Source of the DNA: Macrostomum lignano
Lineage: Eukaryota
DNA length: 64,000 bases
Direction: 5' to 3'
Assembly (NCBI GenBank): GCA_002269645.1
Contig: NIVC01001004.1
Coordinates: 62,001-126,000 of the forward strand
Position 1 is the stretch's first letter; the number at the start of each line of letters is the position of its first letter. Below are positions 31,708 through 45,159 of the stretch, piece after piece. The position numbers were made by a program, and so were the translations under genes. The notes beneath the pieces are model-generated. The model made no database searches. It was not told where the DNA came from and worked only from the letters and a program-made list of their open reading frames with translations.

Positions 31708-34700
31708 CCCCCAGACAGCAAGCAGCCCACAGCAAGCATCCCCAGATAGCAAGCATCCCCCAGACAGCAAGCATCCCCCAGACAGCAAGCATCCCCCAGA
31801 CAGCAAGCATCCCCCAGACAGCAAGCATCCCCCAGACAGCAAGCATCCCCCAGACAGCAAGCAGCCCACAGCAAGCATCCCCCAGATAGCAAGCATCCCC
31901 CAGACAGCAAGCATCCCCAGACAGCAAGCATCCCCCAGATAGCAAGCATCCCCCAGACAGCAAGCATCCCCCAGACAGCAAGCAGCCCACAGCAAGCATC
32001 CCCCAGATAGCAAGCATCCCCCAGACAGCAAGCATCCCCAGACAGCAAGCATCCCCAGATAGCAAGCATCCCCAGACAGCAAGCATCCCCAAGACAGCAA
32101 GCATCCCCCAGACAGCAAGCAGCCCACAGCAAGCATCCCCCAGATAGCAAGCATCCCCCAGACAGCAAGCATCCCCCAGACAGCAAGCATCCCCCAGATA
32201 GCAAGCATCCCCCAGACAGCAAGCATCCCCCAGACAGCAAGCATCCCCCAGATAGCAAGCATCCCCCAGACAGCAAGCATCCCCAAGACAGCAAGCATCC
32301 CCAAGACAGCAAGCATCCCCAAGACAGCAAGCATCCCCAAGACAGCAAGCATCCCCAAGACAGCAAGCATCCCCAAGACAGCAAGCATCCCCAGACAGCA
32401 AGCATCGCCCAGACAGCAAGCATCCCCAGACAGCAAGCATCCCCAAGACAGCAAGCATCCCCAAGACAGCAAGCATCCCCAAGACAGCAAGCATCCCCAA
32501 GACAGCAAGCATCCCCAAGACAGCAAGCATCCCCAAGACAGCAAGCATCCCCAAGACAGCAAGCATCCCCAAGACAGCAAGCATCCCCAAGACAGCAAGC
32601 ATCCCCAAGACAGCAAGCATCCCCAAGACAGCAAGCATCCCCCAGACAGCAAGCATCCCCCAGATAGCAAGCATCCCCCAGACAGCAAGCATCCCCCAGA
32701 CAGCAAGCATCCCCCAGACAGCAAGCATCCCCCAGATAGCAAGCATCCCCCAGACAGCAAGCATCCCCAAGACAGCAAGCATCCCCAGACAGCAAGCAGC
32801 CCACAGCAAGCATCCCCAGATAGCAAGCATCCCCCAGACAGCAAGCATCCCCCAGACAGCAAGCATCCCCAGATAGCAAGCATCCCCCAGACAGCAAGCA
32901 TCCCCCAGACAGCAAGCATCCCCCAGATAGCAAGCATCCCCCAGACAGCAAGCATCCCCAAGACAGCAAGCATCCCCAAGACAGCAAGCATCCCCAAGAC
33001 AGCAAGCAGCCCATAGCAAGCATCCCCCAGACAGCAAGCATCCCCCAGACAGCAAGCATCGCCCAGACAGCAAGCATCCCCCAGACAGCAAGCAGCCCAT
33101 AGCAAGCATTCCCCAGATAGCAAGCATCCCCCAGACAGCAAGCATCCCCTAGATAGCAAGCATTCCCCAGACAGCAAGCAAGCATCCCCCAGACAGCAAG
33201 CAAGCATCCCCCAGACAGCAAGCAAGCATCCCCCAGATAGCAAGCATCCCCCAGACAGCAAGCATCCCCAGACAGCAAGCATCGCCCAGACAGCAAGCAT
33301 CCCCCAGACAGCAAGCAGCCCACAGCAAGCATCCCCAGATAGCAAGCATCCCCCAGACAGCAAGCATCCCCAGACAGCAAGCATCCCCCAGACAGCAAGC
33401 ATCCCCCAGACAGCAAGCATCCCCAAGACAGCAAGCATCCCCCAGACAGCAAGCATCCCCCAGACAGCAAGCATCCCCACACAGCAAGCATCCCCCAGAC
33501 AGCAAGCATCCCCCAGACAGCAAGCATCCCCAAGACAGCAAGCATCCCCAAGACAGCAAGCATCCCCAAGACAGCAAGCATCCCCAGACAGCAAGCATCC
33601 CCCAGACAGCAAGCATCCCCAGACAGCAAGCATCCGCCAGACAGCAAGCATCCCCAGACAGCAAGCATCCCCAGACAGCAAGCATCCCCAAGACAGCAAG
33701 CACCCCAAGACAGCAAGCATCCCCAAGACAGCAAGCATCCCCAGACAGCAAGCATCCCCCAGACAGCAAGCATCCCCAGACAGCAAGCATCCCCCAGACA
33801 GCAAGCATCCCCCAGACAGCAAGCATCCCCCAGACAGCAAGCATCCCCCAGACAGCAAGCATCCCCCAGACAGCAAGCATCCCCAAGACAGCAAGCATCC
33901 CCCAGACAGCAAGCATCCCCCAGACAGCAAGCATCCCCAAGACAGCAAGCATCCCCAAGACAGCAAGCATCCCCCAGACAGCAAGCATCCCCCAGACAGC
34001 AAGCATCCCCAGACAGCAAGCATCCCCCAGACAGCAAGCATCCCCAAGACAGCAAGCATCCCCAGACAGCAAGCATCCCCCAGACAGCAAGCATCCCCCA
34101 GACAGCAAGCATCCCCCAGACAGCAAGCATCCCCCAGACAGCAAGCATCCCCCAGACAGCAAGCATCCCCAAGACAGCAAGCATCCCCAAGACAGCAAGC
34201 ATCCCCAAGACAGCAAGCATCCCCCAGACAGCAAGCATCCCCCAGACAGCAAGCATCCCCAGACAGCAAGCATCCCCCAGACAGCAAGCATCCCCCAGAC
34301 AGCAAGCATCCCCCAGACAGCAAGCATCCCCAGACAGCAAGCATCCCCAAGACAGCAAGCATCCCCAAGACAGCAAGCATCCCCCAGACAGCAAGCATCC
34401 CCCAGACAGCAAGCATCCCCCAGACAGCAAGCATCCCCAGACAGCAAGCATCCCCAAGACAGCAAGCATCCCCAGACAGCAAGCATCCCCAGACAGCAAG
34501 CATCCCCAAGACAGCAAGCATCCCCAAGACAGCAAGCATCCCCAATACAGCAAGCATCCCCAGACAGCAAGCATCCCCCAGACAGCAAGCATCCCCCAGA
34601 CAGCAAGCATCCCCAAGACAGCAAGCATCCCCCAGACAGCAAGCATCCCCCAGACAGCAAGCATCCCCCAGACAGCAAGCATCCCCCAGACAGCAAGCAT

Positions 34701-36906
34701 CCCCAGACAGCAAGCATCCCCAGACAGCAAGCATCCCCAAGACAGCAAGCATCCCCAAGACAGCAAGCATCCCCAGACAGCAAGCATCCCCCAGACAGCA
34801 AGCATCCCCCAGACAGCAAGCATCCCCCAGACAGCAAGCATCCCCCAGACAGCAAGCATCCCCCAGACAGCAAGCATCCCCAAGACAGCAAGCATCCCCA
34901 AGACAGCAAGCATCCCCAAGACAGCAAGCATCCCCAGACAGCAAGCATCCCCCAGACAGCAAGCATCCCCCAGACAGCAAGCATCCCCCAGACAGCAAGC
35001 ATCCCCCAGACAGCAAGCATCCCCCAGACAGCAAGCATCCCCCAGACAGCAAGCATCCCCCAGACAGCAAGCATCCCCAAGACAGCAAGCATCCCCCAGA
35101 CAGCAAGCATCCCCCAGACAGCAAGCATCCCCCAGACAGCAAGCATCCCCCAGACAGCAAGCATCCCCCAGACAGCAAGCATCCCCAAGACAGCAAGCAT
35201 CCCCAGACAGCAAGCATCCCCAGACAGCAAGCATCCCCAAGACAGCAAGCATCCCCAAGACAGCAAGCATCCCCAATACAGCAAGCATCCCCCAGACAGC
35301 AAGCATCCCCCAGACAGCAAGCATCCCCAGACAGCAAGCATCCCCCAGACAGCAAGCATCCCCCAGACAGCAAGCATCCCCAGACAGCAAGCATCCCCAG
35401 ACAGCAAGCATCCCCCAGACAGCAAGCATCCCCAATACAGCAAGCATCCCCAGACAGCAAGCATCCCCCAGACAGCAAGCATCCCCAAGACAGCAAGCAT
35501 CCCCCAGACAGCAAGCATCCCCCAGACAGCAAGCATCCCCAAGACAGCAAGCATCCCCAGACAGCAAGCATCCCCCAGACAGCAAGCATCCCCAAGACAG
35601 CAAGCATCCCCCAGACAGCAAGCATCCCCCAGACAGCAAGCATCCCCCACACAGCAAGCATCCCCCAGACAGCAAGCATCCCCCAGACAGCAAGCATCCC
35701 CAAGACAGCAAGCATCCCCCAGACAGCAAGCATCCCCCAGACAGCAAGCATCCCCCACACAGCAAGCATCCCCCAGACAGCAAGCATCCCCCAGACAGCA
35801 AGCATCCCCAGACAGCAAGCATCCCCCAGACAGCAAGCATCCCCCAGACAGCAAGCATCCCCCAGACAGCAAGCATCCCCCAGACAGCAAGCATCCCCAA
35901 GACAGCAAGCATCCCCCAGACAGCAAGCATCCCCAAGACAGCAAGCATCCCCAAGACAGCAAGCATCCCCAAGACAGCAAGCATCCCCAGACAGCAAGCA
36001 TCCCCAAGACAGCAAGCATCCCCCAGACAGCAAGCATCCCCCAGACAGCAAGCATCCCCCAGACAGCAAGCATCCCCCAGACAGCAAGCATCCCCCAGAC
36101 AGCAAGCATCCCCCAGACAGCAAGCATCCCCAAGACAGCAAGCATCCCCAGACAGCAAGCATCCCCAGACAGCAAGCATCCCCCAGACAGCAAGCATCCC
36201 CCAGACAGCAAGCATCCCCCAGACAGCAAGCATCCCCAAGACAGCAAGCATCCCCCAGACAGCAAGCATCCCCCAGACAGCAAGCATCCCCAAGACAGCA
36301 AGCATCCCCAAGACAGCAAGCATCCCCAATACAGCAAGCATCCCCCAGACAGCAAGCATCCCCCAGACAGCAAGCATCCCCAAGACAGCAAGCATCCCCC
36401 AGACAGCAAGCATCCCCCAGACAGCAAGCATCCCCAGACAGCAAGCATCCCCAGACAGCAAGCATCCCCAAGACAGCAAGCATCCCCAATACAGCAAGCA
36501 TCCCCCAGACAGCAAGCATCCCCCAGACAGCAAGCATCCCCAAGACAGCAAGCATCCCCCAGACAGCAAGCATCCCCCAGACAGCAAGCATCCCCCACAC
36601 AGCAAGCATCCCCCAGACAGCAAGCATCCCCCAGACAGCAAGCATCCCCAAGACAGCAAGCATCCCCCAGACAGCAAGCATCCCCCAGACAGCAAGCATC
36701 CCCACACAGCAAGCATCCCCCAGACAGCAAGCATCCCCAGACAGCAAGCATCCCCAAGACAGCAAGCATCCCCAGACAGCAAGCATCCCCAGACAGCAAG
36801 CATCCCCCACACAGCAAGCATCCCCCAGACAGCAAGCATCCCCCAGACAGCAAGCATCCCCAAGACAGCAAGCATCCCCCAGACAGCAAGCATCCCCCAG
36901 ACAGCA
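31708..36906. repeat. 18-bp minisatellite AGACAGCAAGCATCCCCC, right part (~5.2 kb)
   Basis: Same unit and orientation as 7913-16645. Confidence 0.98.
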
Positions 36907-38856
36907 TTTGCCCGCCGGTTCGACTTTCGTTACGTCGTTGTTGCTTCGCAAGTCTACTATTCTGTGATTTAGGTTAATTCAACGGATGAATTGTTCGTAT
37001 AGTCGTATAGATTTATTCTTATTCTATCATTATTCGTATAGATTTAATATATTACGAATACGAATATAAAGAAACGAAGGATCAAACAAATATGTTTTTA
37101 GTCTATGGCCCTGAGTCATAGTTGGCTCTGACTGCCAGCAAAAATGCACTGAAAGCATTAGAAAAAAGCAGGTTTTCTCAAATTTAAAGGGCCATCTTTG
37201 TGAATATCAAGAATCAAAATAGTCATGCATAGTCCCGTAAAAACTTCCAATCAAAATGGTGCAAGTTTGATAAATTTTGGTCCAACAGTCTAGGAGGAGT
37301 ATTGAAATACCTACAATATGGTTTTCATCTTTAGTATTAAGAAGATTGTTGTGTAAAGACTGCATGAAATATTCATTTAGTTAAAACGGTAAAATGTATT
37401 CGACAGATATTTATTGATTATTTTCTTAGCGTATTTTCCTCGTATTTCTACTGCCAGTAGGATATTAAATTAAAGTAGTGTAATAAGTTAGAATAGGTAT
37501 TTTTTAATTAGTGTACGTTGTATTTTACTTTCTCGGTCACTTAGTTTTATACAAGGACTACTAGACTACTATACTAGGAAGTGTTCCTATAGTGGTCCTT
37601 GGTTTTATATACGATAATTCGTGGCGTGTGGCGGGTCCAGCCAAGTCGTGTACGTATCATTCATTATACGAGCGCAAATTGGAGCTCTCTCTATAGCTCA
37701 CTTACCCTAGCTTTTATTTTATCAATTGCAGCTACAATACACAAACATACATATGTATCTAAGAATCTCTTTGTTAAATTTTACGATTACATGTACATGT
37801 ACTTTAGTGAGTTACCTATACATGTAGCTGTTTGAATTAAAACCAGTACAATATTATTGAGATATTGTACTGGTTGAGATCGGCTTTTGCACTAGCCCTA
37901 AAATCTGAATCCTTTTCGGCGCAGAGCTGCTGTTAATTATTGCGTTTGTTTTGTGGAAAAGCAATTGTCTAATTTGGCCTAAGCGTATGAAAATGTCTAA
38001 TTGCACACCTGTGTATTGCATATATATACAAGGTATCATCCTGGCACTTATGGCAATTAGTTAACACATACTACGTCGGATTGCTGCAACGCTTAATTAC
38101 ATGTACAGTACCTACGGATCTGTATTAACTTAATTTATTCCAGCAATCACTCCCCGCAACGTACATTTGGCATTTGCTCCATGTGTTAATTTCATCACGT
38201 GACTGCCTTGCCTCGTTTATTACCCGCATCTATCCACCGCTCCTTATCTTCTTTGCTGAAAATGTATAGATCGAATGATATACATGTACATGTACGTCCG
38301 TATAACTAAGCAAAATACAGCTACAGTATAATGAGCTATATATGCCCCAGCCACGAATGGGTATTCAAGACGCCCCTTCACAGCATGCATGGCGCTTCCT
38401 CTAAGGTATAATATCATATGCCCCTATTTACAGTCTTTGCTGTGTCCCGATAAGGCAATAACTAAAACTAAACGAAAAGTAATCATGATTATATGCATGA
38501 TTTTATTTGTAGAGCAATAAATGGTCGAAAAAGGAATTCAAAGTAATATAAATATCATAGTTCGCTTTGAAAATACAGTACTTAATTGCGAATGTTTTAA
38601 GAAAGCGTAATACTGAGCAAGAGAATTTAGGATATTTGTTTTTCTAGTCTAATCTATATTTCTAGGAAAACGTGAGTAGTGCGACGTCCTACCCCCGCCC
38701 GCCCCCCCCCCCCCCGCCTGAACAACTCAAACTTGATTTTTCGAGTTGTTTTGTGCTTTGTGCTAGCTAAAGAACAAACAATACTCATTTAAAATAAAGG
38801 TTGGAGATTTATACAAACAAATTAATTTTAATTCTTCAAAACCTGAAGAGTCAAAA

Positions 38857-38921
38857 ATGAAATCCGAAGAAATTGAAGAAGCAAGGGAAAACATTGCAAC
38901 CCTGTTACGTGGAATTGATAG
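38857..38921 (+). CDS. eIF3K: eIF3 subunit K, exon 1 (MKSEEIEEARENIATLLRGID-R)
   Basis: ATG at 38857 in AAAAATG context; LLRGIDR matches the conserved LLKGIDRYNP N-terminus; GTAGGC donor at 38922 (phase 2). Confidence 0.9.
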
Positions 38922-39247
38922 GTAGGCCTAGTACTTGCTATTATTTCATATTTTGTGAGCAAAATGTTTCTGATAATCTTTTACTGCGTGTGTCACTGTC
39001 ACCCTGTGCTGAAAATTTCTGCTAGACCTTCGCTGTGTGCACCAATTTGTAGGCCCTATACTGGCTATACACCTTACTGTTTTTATGTACCAGAATTTTC
39101 CACCATAATGTAATGTACAAGTACACCTTTCTGAGTGTGGCTTATAGCAGAGGCCTGCCTACCCTATACATTGTCTAGATCATGGTATGCATATGGTAGA
39201 ATTAAAAATCTAATTTTTGATTCTATGCAAACAATAAAAGGTAGCAC

Positions 39248-40581
39248 TGCTCATTTAGCTAGCATAAGTTTGCTACTTTTTAGCCAGCACTGGTCAAATA
39301 ATAAACCCATCAATATTTAGCTGGTAGTCCTGAGCCATTGCCAGTCCAATAAACCTGTCACTATTTAGCCAGCAATCAAGTCCTACCAATTGCTGATCAA
39401 ATAAACCTGTCACTATTTAGCCATTAGTATTGCCCTACTGCCAGTCAAATAATTAAACCCATCAATATTTAGAAGCAGTCTTGCCTCATTGCCAGTCAAT
39501 TTTAGTCAAATAGGCTCGTCAAAAATAAGCTTAAATTATAAAATTTTCATATTGGATATTAAAAATATATTTTGAGGTTTTCTTGATACAGGTATATTAT
39601 TACAATGACTATTGTATAAACTTTATATACAGTAGTCCTTGTTAAGGTGTTGAGCAAAGGCCATAGTTTTTTTGCTTTAATAAATAATTTCAAATAATAA
39701 TAAATTGAAAATATAATGCATCAATTTTGAATTTATTTCTCTGTATCTAGATGCTACAAATTATTTATTATCTAGAATATTTAAGGCCACTCTGAAAAGA
39801 ATTAAACAAAAAGGCAAGTAATAAAATTAGACTAATTGTATCTTTTATGACTATCAGCTGCTACAATGTACTTAATAATTTGTTAGCAGTGGGCATATGT
39901 CTAAGCCATAATTGAAGGCAGTAGAATTCACCAAATTTATTGGTGCAAATTAGCCATTTGTCCGGCATACTCTGCACATTTGGTACAAAAAAATGACAGC
40001 TTGCAACTTGGCGCAGTTGGTGCATGGGATAGATTCCTTTGATCAATAAATAATAATATAATCAAGTAGCCTTCACTATAGGCTTGTATATTTTTTGTAT
40101 TTTCGAATATTTTGTTGTTAAAATTATAGTAACTGTAACAATAATCATTTATTTACCTAAAACAATTTTATGGAACATTTACAAAAATTGTTATTTTTTT
40201 ATGAACATTAAAGACTGCTCAAAGTTCAAAGTCAAATTTCCATTTATTATTTGATGTTTGCCATTTGCTATCTTATTGCTAAATCATCATTGTTATAATA
40301 TTATAAACAACATTTTTAACTATTCCAAGCACTGGCGCATGGTGCAAGGAAAAAAATTGCTTTGGCGCATGGTGCATTAGAAAAAAAATAGGAGAAATTC
40401 ATTCTGGCACACATGGTGCACCTTCTTGACTATGGAGCATAAGTAGGACTACCGGATAAATAGTGATAGGTTTATTTGACCAGCAGTGGTCGGGACTGCT
40501 AGCTAGATAGTGATAGGTTTATTTGACCAGTGCTAGCTAAATAGTAACAAACTTATTTGACCAATGCTGGCAAAATAAGCA
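39248..40581. mobile_element. Foldback/MITE-like element with ~140-bp modular inverted arms in eIF3K intron 1
   Basis: 39248-~39390 aligns colinearly (roughly 80% by eye) with the reverse complement of 40443-40581; arms built from a CAAATAAACCTRTCACTATTTAGC subrepeat; no clear TSD. Confidence 0.55.
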
Positions 40582-40999
40582 TTGCCATAAAAATTGTTAA
40601 TAAAAAGTTGCTTGTATGTCTTTGTTAACTTTTTTTACTACAATATAATCTTTTAAAAATAATATAATAACAAAATGAATCATAAATTCAGTGTTCAGCA
40701 ATTTTTTGTTTTATTCTGTCTCTATATGTTATATACTGTTTAAATTTTAGTTTAGGCCCAATTTCTGTTGATTTACAAAAATATCTTTTTGGTCAAAATT
40801 TGGCTATATATAGGCTATATTAAACTTCAATATGGTCATTTTTATGGCCTATGCCAATATTATATAGGCCCTACAAAGTTTAGACCTAAAAATTAATATA
40901 TGCCAAGACTCAAGAGTCATTAAAAGGCCATAGTTCAGAAGGCAACATATATGCCATGATTTCCCAGCATACAAGGGTCTTACCATTTTTTAGTATATA

Positions 41000-42318
41000 C
41001 GAGGGGTGATCAAAAAGTTCTGCAAGTGACCTCACAACTCTGTGCTACAGCAGCCGAGGCGTCTAATCAGTGTCACATTCCCTCAAAGTACTTTCCACCA
41101 CTATCTATGCACCGTCGCATCCGTGTGCACCATGTCTGAAAGCAGTCCTGGTACTCCGAAGTTGGTATACCCTGTAGAGCTGAATGTACCACTTGGGCAA
41201 GGTCTTGCATGCGTGAAAACGGCCTCCCAGAAATGACGGATTTGATCCTCGGGAACAGCCAAAAGTCGCAAGGTGCTAGGTCTAGAGAGTAGGGTGGATG
41301 GGGCAGCAGCCGGACCCCCTGCTGCTCCAGGTACGCCATGGTTGATGCCGCTCTGTGCGGTGCCACATTGTCATGGTGCAGCAGGAGTCGAGGTCCATGC
41401 CTGGTTCGCGCACGTTCCTGCCGCTCCTGCAGCACGCCTAGCAGAACAGTGTCTGTGTAGTACCTGGCAGTCACTGTGGCACCCGCTGGAAGGATGTTCA
41501 CCGATACAACACCCTGAGAGTTGAAAAAATGGTGAACATCCGCTTCTGACTGCGGAATCCGGTCTTCAGCACCTCAGGCCTTGGCTCATCTTCTGCCAGC
41601 CAGACCATGTTGGACTGTTTATCCTTCATGGTAAAAGAAGGAGATCCAACATTCGTCTCTTGTGATGACATCCGACAGTTGTCGTGGGCCGTGGGGCTCA
41701 AACATTTGTAGCCACAAGCGACAGATGCGCCCCCTCTCTGCTTGCTGCTCCGGAGTGAGAAGATGGGGTACCCACCGAGCGCAGGTCTTTGTGCGGCTTA
41801 GTTGCCCATGCATGATGTTATGAGCACTTCCATAGCTTGACACCAAGCTCATAGGCAATGAATCTTAGCATAATGCTCCAATCCTCACGAATTATTGCAT
41901 CGGCATGGGCCACGACATCTTCGGTCACAGATGTCCGGGGTCGGCCAGACCTCGGTTCATAGTTGAAGCTGTCCCAGCCTTCCAAGAAATGGCGCAGCCA
42001 GCGGGCAACCGTGTCAAATGATGGAGCAGAGTCAGCTAAAACATTCACCAGATTGGTGTGAATCTCAGTCACTTTGCAACCAAGTTGCATGCACATAAAG
42101 ATATAGAAGCGAACACTGTCTTTTGATGTTTCCATCAGCTACTGAAAACACATGGAAAATATATGGCTGTGAAATTTTACTGGAGCACATTTGGAAGCCA
42201 AAAATGCATATAAATATAGCAAACAGATACAGCCGCATATGTGTAAGTTTTTGGCTTTTGCCGATTCTATAACTAAAAGCTATAACAAAAGGTTGCAGAA
42301 CTTTTTGATCACCCCTCG
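41000..42318 (-). mobile_element. Mariner (Tc1/mariner, DD34D) transposon, full length 1319 bp, antisense in eIF3K intron 1
   Basis: Perfect 26-bp TIRs CGAGGGGTGATCAAAAAGTTCTGCAA (41000-41025) and its reverse complement (42293-42318); TA duplicated at 40998-40999 and 42319-42320. Confidence 0.97.
41073..42135 (-). pseudogene. Mariner transposase broken by three frameshifts
   Basis: Spread over ORFs 41818..42135 (HTH region, PRSGRP), 41619..41858 (WVPHLL, RDECW), 41498..41701 and 41073..41501 (HHDNVAPH...YSLDLAPCDFWLFP). 34 residues lie between the second and third catalytic Asp. Confidence 0.93.
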
Positions 42319-43186
42319 TATTAGAGTATGTCCTGGCATACATGACACAGCAGATACATTGTGTCAAATGACAATTTTTTGTATTGGCTCATAAACCTGG
42401 CATACAAGTGAGGTCTCGTCATTTTTTTGACATTAAACCTAGTGTACACTAATACACAATCCAAACTATGGTTAAAAGGCAAAAATATGCTAGAATTTCT
42501 GGCATGAAAACCATATTTTAGATTATGGCTTGTATTTAAGTACTTAGTACCTAGCTTAATAAGATATAAATATAATGCTTAGTATAACTTAATGATATTT
42601 TGATATAAGAGGCCTAGCTTAGTACTTTCAATTCAAGTTATGTTTATCCTTTACTATTTTTAGACTTAGATAGCTTAGCTTGTATAAAAGCTTCTTCCCT
42701 TCTAGCCTTTAAAAACATTGACATTTATTATGATGCTTTTAGGCTCTATAAAGTCCTATATAGGCAAATAGCCAGTTAAATGATGAATATTAAATAATAG
42801 TTGTCTATGTTGTATGAAATTATAGTTAAGTTTATTTGAATATCTATAGACAATCCTAAACAGTTGAAATGAATTGTTCATAATATTTGTATAGGGCCTA
42901 GGGCCTATATAAAAGTAAAATAGGATCTTGATCCTAATAAACTTGATTTCTTAGTTTATAATTGTAAGTATTTCTAGTTTAGTTTGGTATCTTTAATATT
43001 TATTATAGCCAACCTAGCCATTCAGTTGCTCAAGAAATTTCTATTTCATACTCTTCCTTGTGAGTTTTCATTTAAAAAGCAGTGCAAACTGTGATCTCAT
43101 TAAGTTATTCAAGCTGATTTTACCAAAGTTTATTTAAATATGAAAAATTATTTAAAAAAACATTTACCATATATATACAACTCTAG

Positions 43187-43285
43187 GTATAATCCTGGCA
43201 ATATAGAACATCTGGAGAAGTACATTGAACTGCAAGTAACCGAGAATGTCTACGACTGCGAGGCCAACCTGGCTGTGCTGAAGCT
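43187..43285 (+). CDS. eIF3K: eIF3K exon 2 ([33 protein letters not shown])
   Basis: CTCTAG acceptor, GTGAGT donor, phases consistent with both neighbours; matches the conserved YNP...[12 protein letters not shown] segment. Confidence 0.93.
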
Positions 43286-43740
43286 GTGAGTTATTTTTGC
43301 ACACAAGCCCCAAATTAATTTTGTCATGTGCTTACTTTTATGTACTCATGTACTTAGGAGTGTTCAAATAAAAAATCGCCAATTGTAACAGTCCCATAGT
43401 GGCGAACTTAATGTAAATTTCAAAAAGCACACTTTAAGTGACATTGTCACACAACTGGGCGAGAGGCATAACTGCCTATTCCGCCGACTCCCCTGAGCAG
43501 GCACACAAGCGCGCGGATACGTACGCAGGCACACACTCACACAGGAGTGTACAGCGGCCCTAACTTTTTTTATCGTTAGGCATGTACACTTCACTGTGCC
43601 TTGGAGGTTGGCCCTCAATGGCGTTAATTGCACGAGCAGAGCCAAGCCGAGATTCCAATTTAGCCCCAAATATTAATGTGACTGCACTTGGAATCGAGCC
43701 TGGGCCGCTGGCACATCGGAGCGCCGCACTAGACAGAGAT

Positions 43741-44217
43741 AGGGCGCCAGCTAGAGGGGGCGCCAGCTACAGAAGAGGCGCCAGCTATAGAGGGAGTGCT
43801 GGCTACAGTGTGGGGACGCCAGCTACATAGGGGGGCGCCAGCTACAGAAGAGGCGCCAGCTATAGAGGGAGTGCCGGCTACAGTGGGGACGCCAGCTACA
43901 TAGGGAGGCGCCAGCTACAGAGAGGGCGCCAGCTACAGAGTGGGCGCCAGCTACAGTGGGGACGCCAGCTACATAGGGAGGCGCCAGCTACAGAGAGGGC
44001 GCCAGCTACAGAGTGGGCGCCAGCTACAGTGGGGGCGCCAGCTACAGAGAGGGCGCCAGATACAGAGTGGGCGCCAGCTACAGAGGGGGCGCCAGCTACA
44101 GAGTGGGCGCCAGCTACAGTGGGGGCGCCAGCTACAGAGGGGGCGCCAGCTACAGAGTGGGCGCCAGCTACAGTGGGGGCGCCAGCTACAGAGAGGGCGC
44201 CAGATACAGAGGGCGCC
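43741..44217. repeat. GGCGCC-core minisatellite type A (GGGCGCCAGCTACAGAG variants) in eIF3K intron 2
   Basis: Tandem ~18-20-bp units. Confidence 0.95.
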
Positions 44218-44356
44218 TTTGTAGCTAGAGCACAAATGTAACAACTCGTGCACATTATTCCATTCGGTATTTAATAGCCTACTATAAGTAGAGTAGATAA
44301 AGTTTTTTGTTTGTGAAAGTCTTAATTTCAGTCTCGAACTGTCTATTTCTTTGCAG

Positions 44357-44900
44357 CTACCAGTTCAACCCGTCTCACTACCAGACCAACGTGACCATCA
44401 AGATCCTGTTGAAGGCCATCGCCAACCTGCCGCACCCGGACTTCTCGCTGTGCAAGTACCTCATCGAGCCAGACAAACTGCGTGAGGAGCCGCTAAGCAG
44501 CGTCGTCGCCCTTGGCAACCAGCTGGAGACGTGCGATTTCGAAGAATTCTGGCAAAATCTGGCCTCTACTAAAAGTAGCATACCAGCAATCGGCTCAGTG
44601 ATGGGATTCACCGATTCTGTGCGCAAATTCATCTGTCACGTGGTAGGCATCAGCTATCAGAAGATTAAAACGGATCAGCTGTGCCGGATTCTCGACATCA
44701 AGCGCGACCAGCTGGCCGTGTACCTGGAAGAGTACGGCTGGAAGCTGGTCCCAGACGACCCCAGTCACGTGTTCGTGTTTAACTATGAGGAGACGATCAA
44801 GACTAGGAATATTAGCGAGAAGATCGGCTTTCCGCAGGTGAAGCAGTTGGCTCCGGTGCTGCAGAATGCCGCCAGCGACTGTCACAAGAGAGCCAAGTGA
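44357..44900 (+). CDS. eIF3K: eIF3K exon 3, terminal (YQFNP...KIGFPQVKQLAPVLQNAASDCHKRAK*)
   Basis: TTTCTTTGCAG acceptor; YQFNP, LPHPDFSLCKYLI, LETCDFEEFW and GFTDSVRKFICHVVGISYQ motifs of eIF3K. Spliced CDS 65+99+544 = 708 nt, 235 aa. Confidence 0.95.
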
Positions 44901-45127
44901 GCGAGGATTGACTGCTAGATTGAGACACTCTTCTGTTCATGTATTTGTTCTTGTTGAAATGGGGAAATACATGGCATTCGCTTTAGCTGCTTAGTTAATT
45001 GGTAAATCTGTGACAGTTGAAGAAGTGCTTGTTTTTCATGCTGACTTGCTTATTTGGTGGCTTAGCGTTTGCTATGCACTACTGAAAGTAGCTAAAAAGG
45101 TCGACTAAATTCAACAGGTTTCATTGA

Positions 45128-45133
45128 AATAAA
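45128..45133 (+). terminator. Candidate eIF3K polyadenylation signal AATAAA
   Basis: First AATAAA seen after the stop codon, ~230 nt downstream. Confidence 0.45.
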
Positions 45134-45159
45134 TTGGCGGTTGCTAAGCTCTAAAAATT

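Noticed and set aside
16642-31712. Assigning the 15-kb insert to piggyBac, hAT, MULE, Ginger or Helitron
   Set aside because: There is no TTAA, 8-10-bp TSD, TGT...ACA or TC...CTRR termini, so the class is left unassigned.
7885-36951. Giant ORFs (up to 1764 aa) such as GDACCL / WGMLAV / QQASPR repeats
   Set aside because: These are translations of the 18-bp minisatellite, whose consensus unit has no stop codon. They are open in several frames at once, shift frame with 17-bp units, and contain no unique domain.
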